From: Octopus sinensis
Taxonomy: Eukaryota
Reading direction: 5' to 3'
NCBI RefSeq assembly: GCF_006345805.1
Contig: NC_043001.1
Location: forward strand, 22,692,001 to 22,756,000
Length of the DNA: 64,000 nt
How positions within the stretch are numbered: the first letter of the stretch is position 1; every line of letters begins with the position of its first letter. Made by a program: the position numbers and the translations under genes. This document shows, one piece after another, positions 52,576 through 64,000 of the stretch. The notes below the pieces were generated by a model. It was not told the origin of the DNA and did no database searches. It was given only the letters and a program-made list of their open reading frames with translations.

Positions 52576-52865
52576 AACCTATTAACTTACCTCTTTCCAC
52601 TCATTTATACCTGCAATATATGGCTAATATAGGTTAAATGAGACATACTTATCTGCATGGCCGAAACAGCTGTCAGTTATAATGTATATGTATTTTTATA
52701 TCTTGTTATATTTATTTAGTTATATCTCATTATATTGATTGTAATTATTGTACTGTATTAATGTCTAATCTTAATGCTCTTGTGTAGTGTTTTAATAAAA
52801 TATATGATTCGGTATTATCTGATAGTTGATGAATGATTTAGATATATTTCTCCATTTTCTTATTT

Positions 52866-52936
<71 letters not shown>

Positions 52937-52955
52937 TGTACATTTAAACACATAA

Positions 52956-53259
52956 GAGATGGCCATAACAGGTCATCTGACCCGCTAGAAAGAGTAGTTA
53001 AACTCCAAACCACTATTAGGGGTAATTTCGAAAGGGAATGAGAAATAAAAACATTTACTCTCCAGTAAATAAAATAATTTACCTTGGCAAAGCTCTCGTC
53101 AGTAGGGAAGCCAAGATTAACATATAAAGACGAAGCGATATAGAACATGCTTCGTGTTTACGTTATAATTTTGAGATGGCCATAACAGGACATCTGACCC
53201 GCTAGAAGGAGTAGTTAAACTCCAAACCACTATTAGGGGTAATTTCGAAAGGGAATGAA
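52956..53259. repeat. ~85-bp direct repeat pair (Penelope pLTR-like)
   Basis: GAGATGGCCATAACAGG.CATCTGACCCGCTAGAA..TTTCGAAAGGGAATGA at ~52956 and ~53173. Confidence 0.8.
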
Positions 53260-53346
53260 TAATATATAGTTTATTGACTAGTTTTTTCCTTCTCGCTAGA
53301 CCACTGGTAGAAAAGAAATTTATATATATATATCTATCTATCTATC

Positions 53347-53372
<26 letters not shown>

Positions 53373-53377
<5 letters not shown>

Positions 53378-53495
53378 AGATTCAAAAGTCGCCATACATA
53401 AGAACAAATTTATTTTTTTATAAGAAACAATTTTTCTTATTTAACTGTTTCTTATAAAAAAAAGTTTTCCTATGTATGGTGACTTTTGAATCACC

Positions 53496-53498
<3 letters not shown>
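53373..53498. mobile_element. 126-bp palindromic Tc1/mariner MITE inside a (TA)n tract
   Basis: TAGGGAGATTCAAAAGTCGCCATACATA / TATGTATGGTGACTTTTGAATCACCCTG, plus inner TTATAAGAAACA / TGTTTCTTATAA. Confidence 0.9.
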
Positions 53499-53548
<50 letters not shown>

Positions 53549-53551
53549 TAA

Positions 53552-53721
53552 TTAAATTGTCAGATAAATTCGTTCGTTTCGTTCCGATGTTATTTGAAAA
53601 TATTATGCAGTGTTTTGTGGGTTTCTTTTTTTTTTTATCTCTATTCCTCTACAATTTTTGCTTATTGTTTGTGAAATTTGAATAGATTTTCTCTTTTCAT
53701 ACCTATGACTTTGGAGTGCCA

Positions 53722-53777
<56 letters not shown>

Positions 53778-54410
53778 ATGAGCATTTTCGACACCTGTTT
53801 CTCTTGGCTTTTAATCAAGGTTTCAAAGCTGCCAAAGCAGGTCGAGACAATTGTGCTGAGTATGGAGAAAATGCTCTTACAGGAAGAACTACACAGAAAT
53901 GGGTATCACATTCCAAGGAGGGGAATTTCGTCCTCACAAAATCTTCGCATTCCGGCAGACCTGCTCAGTAAGAATCCATTGAACAAACTCATCCACGAAG
54001 ATCCGCGCCTATCCACTAAGGAATTGGTTCAGCAGATGGGATGCTCTTTTGATATGGTAGCCCGTCACCTTCATTCAATTGGTAAGGTCCTAAGGCCCCG
54101 ACCGGTGAAACGGCGTGCTTCTTCAAAATGACAATGCTCGCTCCAGGTTGGGAAGTTCTACCGCATCCATTTTTTCTGATATGGTACCTTCAGATTATTA
54201 CCTTTTTCAGGCATTCTCCAATAGTCTGTGAGGCTTTTTTGTTCAACGACGCTGAAAATGTGACTCGATGAATTCTTCGAGCCAAGACCAATAATTTCTA
54301 CAGTCAAGTTAGTGACAAGCTCCTGGAACGTTCGCAAGAGAATTGACTGATTTAAAAAAAATTGTAAATGAAAAATAAGGATTAACGAACGAATTTATCG
54401 GGCAACGCAA
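53552..54410 (+). mobile_element. internally deleted mariner with a (GA)n expansion
   Basis: TIR core GATAAATTCGTTCGTT at both ends; ECQ..NEHFRHLFLLAF; EDPRLSTKEL; DNAR; WEVLPHP..PSDYYLF. Confidence 0.85.
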
Positions 54411-54426
54411 TGTATGTATTAATTAC

Positions 54427-54838
54427 AGGCGACGAGCTGGCAGAATCGTTAGCACGCCGGGCGAAATGTGTAGCTGCATTTCGTCTGCCGTTACGTTCTG
54501 AGTTCAAATTCCGCCGAGGTCTACTTTGCTTTTCATCCTTTGGGGTCGATAAATTAAGTACCAGTTACGCACTGGGGTCGATATAATTGACTTAATCTGT
54601 TTGTCTGTCCTTGTTTGTCCTCTCTGTGTTTAGCCCCTTGTGGGCAGTAAAGAAATAGGTATTTCGTCTGCCGCTACGTTCTGAGTTCAAATTCCGCCGA
54701 GGTCGATTTTGCCTTTCATCCTGCCGGGGTCGATTAAATAAGTACCAGTCACGCACTGGTGTCCATGTAATCGACTTAGTTCCTTTGTCTGTCATAGTTT
54801 GTCCCCTCTATGTTTAGCCCCTTGTGGGCAATAAAGAA
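54427..54838 (+). mobile_element. SINE family M dimer (head plus 2 units)
   Basis: AGGCGACGAGCTGGCAG head; junction AAGAAATA|GGTATTTCGTCTGCC at ~54658. Confidence 0.9.
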
Positions 54839-55396
54839 TTAAATGTATTAATTACAGTGTTGTGCACAAAAATTTATGAGCAGCCGTCAAAAGCACAAAT
54901 ATGCAAAGTAGGGTAGCTACCATGATGCAAGCCTAATTCGTGACTGCTTTATGCACCAGCAGAAGTTGGGTACGCCTTCTCGGAAAAGCGTGTAAGAAGC
55001 CAAAAAACTATTCGTTAGGAAACTGACTCCTTTTTCCTGCACGTTAACAGCGTAGAAAAAAACATGTTTGCGTTATTTAACCTACAGCGAAACTTTGTAA
55101 TATATATAACACACATACAATTGCATTAACATTCTCTAAATCATTATACCGACTTTTAGGTTTTAGCTCGAATGATCATTGTATTTGCCGATACATTACA
55201 TTCAGTCTGATTTGATCCACACACCCAAGAATCTCTCGATTTTGCACATTAGTAGTTCGAAGCAACGGTAGAAGTGATAGACAAGAAAACCACGCCAAAT
55301 AGTAAAACAATAAAACCAGACGACAGTAGTGATGTTTTGTCTCGAGAATTAAGTAGTAATGAAATTTAGAAGGCTGAAGTATTCAAAATTAAATCA

Positions 55397-55785
55397 GGAG
55401 TGGCTTGTGGTAAGTAGCTTGCTAACCAATCACATGGTTGCGGGTTCAGTCCCACTTCGTGGCATCTTGGGCAAGTGTCTTCTGCTATAGCCCCGGGCCG
55501 ACCAAAGCCTTGTAAGTGGATATGGTAGACGGAAACTGAAAGAAGCCCGTCGTATATATGTATATATATATATGTGTGCGTGTATGTTTGTGTATGTGTT
55601 TGTCCTCCTAGCGTTGCTTGACAACCGATGCTGGTGTGTTTATGTCCCCGTCACTTAGCGGTTCGGCAAAAGAGACCGATAGAATAAGTACTGGGCTTAC
55701 AAAGAATAAGTCCCGGGGTCGATTTGCTCGACTAAAGGTGGTGCTCCAGCATGGCCGCAGTCAACTGACTGAAACAAGTAAAATA
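55397..55785 (+). mobile_element. SINE family C, full-length, CpG-rich
   Basis: GGAGTGGC..GTGGTAAG..GGGTTCAGTCCC..TTGGGCAAGTG..GAAACAAGTAAA. Confidence 0.9.
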
Positions 55786-56127
55786 AAATAGTTTCCCGAT
55801 GAGAAAACCCAAATTTACACACACACACATCTCTGGGTGTGTTTATGGTGTTTTATATATCGTTGTTTTGACGGAAAACTGTTTCTAAGTGGAATACAAG
55901 CTCATAGAATCTTTGATAGACATTACACACACACACACACACACAGAGTAATATCAACTACCATACAACGTAAATCCTTAAGTTATTAAACTTTTCTCTG
56001 CCTCAAGAGGATTTATCATAATTACCAAATGCCAATTAAGACCGACTCCATATGAGAAGGGGAGATAATCCTCAAGAAACCTGAATTCTCCAAAGCTGAC
56101 ATGCCATTAAAAGAAAGTAACAGGCTT

Positions 56128-56930
56128 AAGGCGGCGAGCTGGCAGAAACGTTAGCACGCCGGGCGAAATGCTTAGCGGTATTTCGTCTGCCGTTACGTTC
56201 TGAGTTGAAATTCCGCCGAGGTCGACTTTGCCTTTCATCCTTTCGGGGTAGATTAAATAAGTACCAGTTACTGGGGTCGATGTAATCGACTTAATACCTA
56301 TGTCTGTCCTTGTTTTTCCTCTCTGTGTTTAGCCCCTTGTGGGTAGTAAAGAAATAGGTATTTCGTCTGCCGTTTGCGTTCTGAGTTCAAATTCCACCGA
56401 GGTCGACTTAGCCTTTCATCCTTTCGGGGTCGATAAATTAAGTACCAGTGAAATTCTGGGGTCGATGTAATCAACTTAATCCGTCTGTCTGTCCTTGTTT
56501 GTCTCCTCTGTGTTTAGCCCTTTGTGGGTAGTAAAGAAATAGGTATTTCGCCCGTCGCTAGGTTCCGAGTTCAAATTCCGCCGAGGTCGACTTTGTCTTT
56601 CATTCTTTCGGAGTCGATGAAATAAGTGCCAGGGAAAGACTGGGGTCGATGTAATCGACTAGTCCCCTCCCTGCAAATTTCAGGCCTTGTGCCCTTAGTA
56701 TAAAGAATTATTATTACTCAGTTTAAGGTAGCGAGCTGGTAGAATCGTTAGCACACCGGGCGAAATACTTAACGGCATTTCGTCCGTCTTTACGTTCTGA
56801 GTTCAAATTCAGCCGATGTCGACTTTGCCTTTCATCCTTTTGGGGTTTATAAAATAAGTATCGGTCAAGCACTGGGGACTATCCCACTCTCCCGAAATTG
56901 CTAGCTTTGAGTCAACATTTGAAACCATTA
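56128..56930 (+). mobile_element. SINE family M trimer plus a further copy
   Basis: Head at 56128; units start at GGTATTTCG 56177, 56357 and 56542; new head at ~56726. Confidence 0.9.
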
Positions 56931-58158
56931 TTACTTCTAAGTTTCTAGCGGTTATGCAAATCGATAACATAGATGAAATCCATTTAATTTTTGATTAAAA
57001 GTCACTTTCTTTGTGGTCAGTAGTCATGTATATCTTGTTGGACCATGCCTGGATAGTAACACTATTTTACGAAATGTAAAGATTTTGAGAGAAAAACAAT
57101 CAGAAGTCCATGTATTTATTCATCTCATTTACCTTCACTGGACAAATGGCGGAAACTACATTGAAGCACAGCTTTCTCAAAGATCCTAAATATTTCTTTT
57201 TGTTGGTTCAGTCGCTTATTTACCAATAATGGTACAACTATTTTGTAGTTAATCTGATTTATTACTCACAAAAATTCCATCAGCTATTATTTATATCGTT
57301 TGTCAGAAATTCTCTTCTAATGAGTTCGAGGTGATTCCAATTTCTACATTTTATTTCACTGAATCATTCTCGAAAGATTTACAATCAACATTTTCATATT
57401 TTATAGACGCTTATTGCAATCTTTTCATTGTTCTTAGCATCTCGCATATTTACGGAATGCATTATTTTCAATTTCAGAGTCACTGACTTGTATGCTACAG
57501 TGGCAACAAACTGTTTACGAATTCAGTTGCACGGTAAGCTCCACTGTAATAATAATTGGCCAATGTCTTGATTTTATAACAGAACATATTTTGATATCTC
57601 CATTTTTCAGTTATCAACAGAGGGCGTCGACCTGAGGTGGTATTTGCATTTCTTTATTAAAAAAAAATTTTTCTTAGTCACATGCTATAAATTATTGGCG
57701 CTGCACAATTCTCTTCTCGTATATCTGTTGCTCGCCCACTTTCTTTTTCTTCTATCTGCGTAAAAAGGTCGATCGACACAGGTTTAATGAGGGGAATGTA
57801 ATTTCTCTCGCTTTGTGGTAATAACCTTTAAAGATATTTCGGTGGAGTTCAAAATGTATGTAAAACTACTCTCTGGTCGTTGGATTTAATTCCTAAGGCA
57901 AATGGAGTCGATTTGTGTCAGTCGTGATAGTGTTTCGTGGGAAATCGACTTCCACTGTTTATATTACGGGTTAGCTATACATTAATAATAATCTTTCTTA
58001 AACAAATTAAACCGCTGTAATCCCGAATATATTTTTTCATAGTTAACGGAGTTGGTTGAAAGAAGAAGCAAAAAAACCCCAATAAACAAAAACGAACTTG
58101 CCAAGCAATTTTAATCGTTCATATCTCAAATATTTTCTTACATACGAATTGCAATTTC

Positions 58159-58734
58159 GGATCTTTTCGGTTTGATTCAGTTTTTTCTAGCGTTGTCATG
58201 AAATTGTCACCCATAATTATGACCCTAGTATCGCTCTATTGCATTTCAATCTGTTTTAGGGTTAGTGGTAGGGGGAAGGGTATCTTTTTTCTTCAGAAAT
58301 GTAAATAAACCCAATCTGTTTCTTAAACGAGGGACATATTCATACGGCACATAATGTTTTCACCTCAATACACGTCATTGTTTGGTTGAAATTGCAGAAA
58401 TTGAAAAAAAACCCCAACAAATATCTTACAAACTATAGAATTTTCTCAATAAAGCCAAGAGAAAAAGATGTTTTATAAACCCAATCTGTTTCTTAAACGA
58501 GAGACATATTCATACGGCACAGAATGTTTTCACCTCAATACACGCCATTGATTGGTTGAAATTTCAGAAATTGAAGAAAAAAAACAACAAATATCTTACA
58601 AACTATAGAATTTTCTCAATAAAGCCAAGAGAAAAAGATGTTTTATAAACACATTCTACCAGTATACGAAGTTTAAAAGTGTTTAGTTACGTGGAAATTA
58701 TTTTAAAAAACTGCCGTTCAAATCGAAAAGATCC
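58159..58734. mobile_element. MITE with GG-starting TIRs (Merlin-like) and an internal ~170-bp tandem duplication
   Basis: GGATCTTTTCGGTTTGA / TCAAATCGAAAAGATCC; flanks GCAATTTC / ACAATTTG; duplicated ATAAACCCAATCTG..GATGTTTT. Confidence 0.8.
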
Positions 58735-59226
58735 ACAATTTGTTGCTTATTCGACCAGAAAATAATACTGGATAACAAATCTAAATTGAAATTAATACAA
58801 TTTATTACAACTTATGATAATAATGCGGTTTAGGATAGCTAATAGAACAGTTCCGTTAATAATTAGCTTTGAATTGAATCCATAGTTTCAGTGGTCAACA
58901 GTGAGTCCTGTGCGTGGTATTGGCATGTCTTAGTCATCAAAAAAAGTTTCTTGGCAACCATTAGACATACAGTAATCCCTCGCCATATTGTGGTTCACCT
59001 ATCACGGTTTATTATTTAAGCTTATTTCTTTACTGCACACAAGGGGCTACACACAGAGGGGAGAAACAAGGACAGACAAACGGATTAAGTCGATTATATC
59101 GACTCCAGTGCGTAACTGGTACTTAATTTATCGACCCCGAAAGGATGAAAGGCAAAGTCGACCTCGGCGGAATTTGAACTCAGAACGTAACGGCAGATGA
59201 AATACCTATTTCTTTACTACCCACAA

Positions 59227-61538
59227 GCGGCGAGATAACAAAGTTCACATGTAAGCAATAATACAGCAAAAAGTGTCCTTATACTCCTTGGTGATTGCGA
59301 GGTGGCGAAATCTTCCAGTAATCCATGTTTATTGCAGGCTTCCCTATATGTAGCCGAAACATGCCCGTCAAAAGTTCTTAGGTTAACGAAACTCGTTGGT
59401 CCTCTGACCTGATGCAAAAGGAGATGGTAGTAGAAACACTCTTGCTGGCCTGGGTGCACTGTGTACATTCGACCTAGACAACTGTCAAATTTTATGCCTG
59501 GCTGTCCACCAACCTGCCTTTCTTCGTGTCCATTTCTTTATTTGTTTGTTCCATCTGTAGCAGGATGGCACCCGTGGACACAGCAGAGTTCTAGCAAACG
59601 GATCTACTTGACAAAGCTTGGAAAACGCTGTCAGAGTGGTGCCCTTTGGTTTCTGTGCCAAGTGAGCAGCAGTCGCAGTAGGGGAGTACACTCTTTGACC
59701 GTTTTCAAGATACACTCAGCTTCGAGAAGGAACTGTCGGGGAAACTTTTTAGTGCACAAACTGTCTTTCAGGCATGGTGAGTTTGGGTTGAAGCAATGTG
59801 AGCCTTTACTTTGTCGTATAAATCCGTGACAGTTGACGGATCTGGAAGCTCAGCGGAGATAATCTTGTCGATGTCAGTAGAATCGATCTATTTTGACAGC
59901 CAAATGAGAATATGTGCATGTGGAAGGCATCGTTTCTGCCATTCTGTTATGAACATGTCACATTCTACAGGCCCAAATACCTGCCGTTTTATAAGGAAGT
60001 CCATAAGTTTTAATAATTTAAGGAAGAAGACTCTGACCATGAGGTCATGCCTGTTCTTGGCATTTTAGCCGTGAAACAATTCATCCTTAATCTCCTTCCA
60101 CATTGGGTTGTATGTAAAAGTAATAAATAAATCCGGTCTGCCATAGTGCCGCATGAATGTCCTCACATCCTGTGTTCTCTCATGCATGTATCAGGGACCT
60201 CCTGTGTAAGTTGAAGGTAAGATGCATAATTGCCCTATGCTTCTGGGATGTGCGTCGTTGATGATGGAGTCTCTAAGATGAACATAATTGTCTGAACGAA
60301 GTTGCTTCTGATTCAACCTTATGTAGTCTTTCTGACTACATTCTGACTACAATTTGGTAGCCATGTCAACGGCGAATTCGTGGAAGAGGTTTCGCGAACG
60401 ATGTAGGTGGTTGAAAGAGTTTGGAAATAATAATAAATACGCCCTTTTAAAGCCTAGCCAGGCTTATGGGCCCGGTTTCCCGGTTTCAATGGCGTATGTG
60501 TTCCCCAGCTGGACAGGACGCCAGTCCATCGCAGCGTTACTCATTTTTGCCAGCTGAGTGGAGTGGAGCAACGTGAAATGAAGTGTTTTACTCAAGAACA
60601 CAACGCTTTGCCCGATCCAGGAATCGAAACCACAATCTTACGATCATGGTGCTGACACCCTAACCACTAAGCCACGCGCCTCCACTGAAAGAGTTTGGGC
60701 GGATCATAAAAAGAAACGCGTAGAAGGCCCTGCAAGAAACTAACTTGATAGTTTGTTCGTCAGGATTGTTGGAATTATACTGCGGAATGCCAAAATGGTA
60801 TCCATCCTCGCCATTCACAAAGAGCAGTGGATACTACGAAGTATCGTGTGATCTGTGTGTTCCACAAATTCTTTGGAGAGTGTTATCACGACGTTTGAGA
60901 TCAATGTCTCGTTTGTTATGCTGTTCACCATGAAGAACAACGGCAACCTCATTACAGGAGGGTGCATTGTAGTACCCAACATGCTCTCCGGTCGGCTGTT
61001 GGTCAGCATTAAGTATGACATTGAATTCTGGCGAGGTCGATGCTTCTAAGGCATATTTGAAGTTCTGAACGTGGCTGTTTTGCGCGTGCAGCATATCCTG
61101 AAGCTGAACTATAAGCTCTTCTCTGGTTCCGAATGAAATTGAGTTTCGCTTTCCTGCTTGTTCGTGATAGTCACCAATAAAGTAAAGTTGAAGAAACTGA
61201 GGCTCCTCATCCGCAGAAGGTTGGAGTGGTCTAATCTTATGGTAAACCCATCCCTGTACTTTAAGAGCAGACATAAAAACCACAATCACTGACAATGTTC
61301 GCCCCGAAAGATATCATTTGGAACGCACAATTGTGCTTTCTGATGTTGTTGAGGTAATGTTTTGAATCTGATAATGGACCTAATAGAAGAAGCTTCAACA
61401 GTTGAAGTAAAAATGGTGAAAAATTTAATGGTGAAAATCAAATGGTGAAAATTTCATTAAAATCGGTTGAGTGGATCTCGAGTTTTAACGACATTACAAG
61501 CACACAGACACACATATTCCGTGTTTTATATATATAGA
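59227..61538 (-). mobile_element. Helitron RepHel pseudogene (Rep domain, helicase lost)
   Basis: 5' end A|TCTATATATATAAAA; VQGWVYHKI..PQFLQLYF; NQKQLRSD; ILPSTYTGGP; GRPDLFITFT; EWQKRCLPHAHILIWL (HUH); FYYHLLLHQVRGPTSF..LRT..TYREAC. Confidence 0.93.
60425..60685 (-). mobile_element. tRNA-derived SINE (family D) with 13-bp TSD inside the Helitron
   Basis: TSD TGAAAGAGTTTGG at 60412-60424 and 60686-60698; head GTGGAGGCGCGTGGCTTAGTGGTTAGG..GTTTCGATTCC. Confidence 0.92.
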
Positions 61539-61967
61539 TAGATAAGTCATAAAAATGGTATAAAAAGTGTACAGTACAGAACAGACACACATTCCGTGTT
61601 TTATATATATAGATAGATAAATTATAAAAATGATATAAAAAAAATGTACAGTACAGTACTGTTTCTACTTCACAGGTTTTCACCTGTAGCTTGGGGCTTC
61701 GGAACGTAACACCCACGATAGTCGAGGGATTACTGTATAACTATTTTGAAGTAGGCACATGCTCTCTAAGCATTGATTTAATATGAACTTCTAAGGCATA
61801 TAATTTCTGTAGTCACTTCGATCGCTTTTCAGAAATGTATGACGATTTAACCGGAGAATAAGGGGAATGTCACACACATATAACAGTGTTCCACACAATT
61901 TCTATCTACCAAATTCACACACAAGATGTTGGTCGACCCGGAGCTATATTAGTAGATGCTATATTAG

Positions 61968-62186
61968 AAGGCGGCGTGCTGGCAGACTCGTTAGCGCGCC
62001 GGGCGAAATGCTTAGCGGTATTTCGTCCGCCGAGGTCGACTTTACCTTTCATCCTTTCGGGGTCGATAAATAAAGTACCAGTTTCGCACTGGGTGGGTGG
62101 AGTGGGGTCGATGTAATCGACTTAATCCCTTTGTCTGTCCTTGTTTGTCCCCTCTATGTTTAGCCCCTTGTGGGCAATAAAGAAAT
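61968..62186 (+). mobile_element. SINE family M inserted in a family C fragment
   Basis: Flanked by TATATTAGAAG on both sides. Confidence 0.8.
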
Positions 62187-62586
62187 ATATATTAGAAGAT
62201 GCTAGCCCAAAATGCCGGGCAGTGGGACTGAACCTAAGATCACGTGGTTCTTAGCTCATTTTAACCCAGGTTAACCCTGTCGAAATTTTGAAGATATTTA
62301 TATAAATAGGGATGACGAACATACGGAAGCGTCCAGTTAACCTTTATTGCAGTAAATAAACCAAATACAACTGTTCTCAATCGAGGACAGTGGGTTAATC
62401 ACACATAATTTATTATCCTATTGAATGTGTCAATGATGTGACTGCTTTTATTTACATTAAGATAATGCGAAGTAATCTTTCTTTCAAAATATAAAAAAAA
62501 AATTTTGCATTTCAGTTTTTCAAAACCAGCCAGTATTGTTTCAAACCACCAAATATTCCACAAAATAAATTTATCAAAATATATTA

Positions 62587-62948
62587 CTCTTTTACTTGTT
62601 TCAGTCATTTGACTGCAGCCATGCTGAAGCACCGCCTTTAGTCGAGCAAATCAACCTCAGGACTTGTTCTTTGTAAGCCTATCGTCTCTTTCGCCGAACC
62701 GCTAAGTTACGGGGATGTAAACACACCAGCATCGGTTGTCAAGCGATGTTGGGGGGACAAACACAGACACACAAACACACACACATATATATATACGACA
62801 GGCTTCCTTCAGTTTCCGCTACCAAATTCACCCACAAGGCTTTTGTCGACTCGTGGCTATGGTAGAAGATACTGGCCCGAGATGCCACGCAGTGGGACTG
62901 AACCCGGAACCATGTTGTTGGTAAGCAAGCTGCTTACCACACAGCCAC
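62587..62948 (-). mobile_element. SINE family C
   Basis: Matches the 51880 copy. Confidence 0.9.
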
Positions 62949-63549
62949 AAACTATAGAAGAGGGGACCGCGAAAGGTAGGGTACGTATATAATGGTTTTG
63001 GATGTCTGTTGATGGAACCTTCCGCAGGACTGTTCTGGTAAATCTCAAGCTTCTTATGTATTGAATGACTGATCATTTTGTATGTTTTATGTCTTAATTT
63101 TTTAGTAATTATTACTATATATGCTAATGCATTGATGAAATAAACTAATTTAGTAATATGTCGCTGTTTTAATAACACGCAATACATTTAAAGCATCAAA
63201 TTGGTTATTTGTTTTTTATCAGAATGACCCATCAATAATTTATTAGAAGTGATAAAGTAATTGAATTTTGAAATCAAATTCTTACATATAACCAAGTATA
63301 GATTTAACTTCTAAGGCATCAATAGGTAAGGTGCAACTGGGGTCCTTAATTTTAGTGCACGAGTTGATACATTAGTAAATAAAGGGTTTAATTCCAAAAC
63401 TAGGGCAAAAACAGACGGCATATTTGGAATCAGCGCCCCAAATATAGGTTTAGCTTTCAAGGCAGTTGAATATTTTTGTCGTTTTTCGGATTGTACGAAT
63501 ATATATTCGCGCTACATCCGTAAATAGAAATTACACCCACAAATATGGA

Positions 63550-63683
63550 TTTGCCTTTCATCCTTTCGGGGTCGATAAATTAAGTACCAGTTACGCACTG
63601 GGGTCGATGTAATAGACTTAATCCGTTTGTCTGTCTTTGTTTGTCCCCTCTGTGTTTGGCCCCTTGTGGGTAGTAAAGAAATA
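63550..63683 (+). mobile_element. 5'-truncated family M SINE
   Basis: TTGCCTTTCATCCTTTCGGGGTCGATAAA..GGGTAGTAAAGAAATA. Confidence 0.85.
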
Positions 63684-64000
63684 TATATTCACATCGATCT
63701 ATTCTTATGATGTGTCGAAAAGAAATAGATTGGAGTATTGGTTAGGTCAGATGATATTTAGTTTAAACTGGTAAAGCAGAAAAAAAAAAATGAAGAAATA
63801 CCGTCTAGCTTTCCATGGTGATTAAGCTAGGAACTCAATTTTGATTATGCGTCTGCTCTGTAACCATTAACCATTGATCTTATTCCTCGTTAGTTTTGTC
63901 TGGTTAGATTGGCGTTAACATTCCAATGACAACAACAGAGACTATATAATTTTTTACGTTCCTTCTCAGTTCACTTCTTAAGTGTGTTCCAGGATAAGTT

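Larger units (their letters stand above)
58970..61735. mobile_element. Tigger-like TIR element enclosing Helitron and SINE insertions
   Basis: TA-CAGTAATCCCTCG ... CGAGGGATTACTG-TA. Confidence 0.75.

Noticed and set aside
56128-56930. Regular repeats resembling a CRISPR array
   Set aside because: Whole ~180-bp units repeat with no unique spacers; eukaryotic SINE, no cas genes

Overview
Eukaryotic, AT-rich and repeat-dense genomic DNA. The SINE/MITE repertoire looks like octopus (coleoid cephalopod); this is an inference from recognising the repeat families. One host protein-coding gene is supported: an NCK/Dock SH3-SH3-SH3-SH2 adaptor on the + strand with two coding exons (20493-21455 and 36059-36265, 389 aa). 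The rest is intron, UTR and intergenic sequence filled with decayed transposons (Tc1, four mariners, Tigger/pogo, hAT, Helitron, Penelope, L1/Tx1, CR1, RTE, a solo LTR), several SINE families, MITEs and microsatellites. The best novel candidate is a structurally complete type I hammerhead ribozyme with a compensatory U3-A8 core (51421-51483, - strand). It sits in a ~359-bp terminally redundant, retrozyme-like unit with other hammerhead relics nearby. Also notable: SINE concatemers with an invariant junction, a CpG-decay boundary near 48.5 kb, multi-level nested elements, and long intronic hairpins. Coordinates were read by eye; repeat boundaries are approximate unless TIRs or TSDs are quoted.
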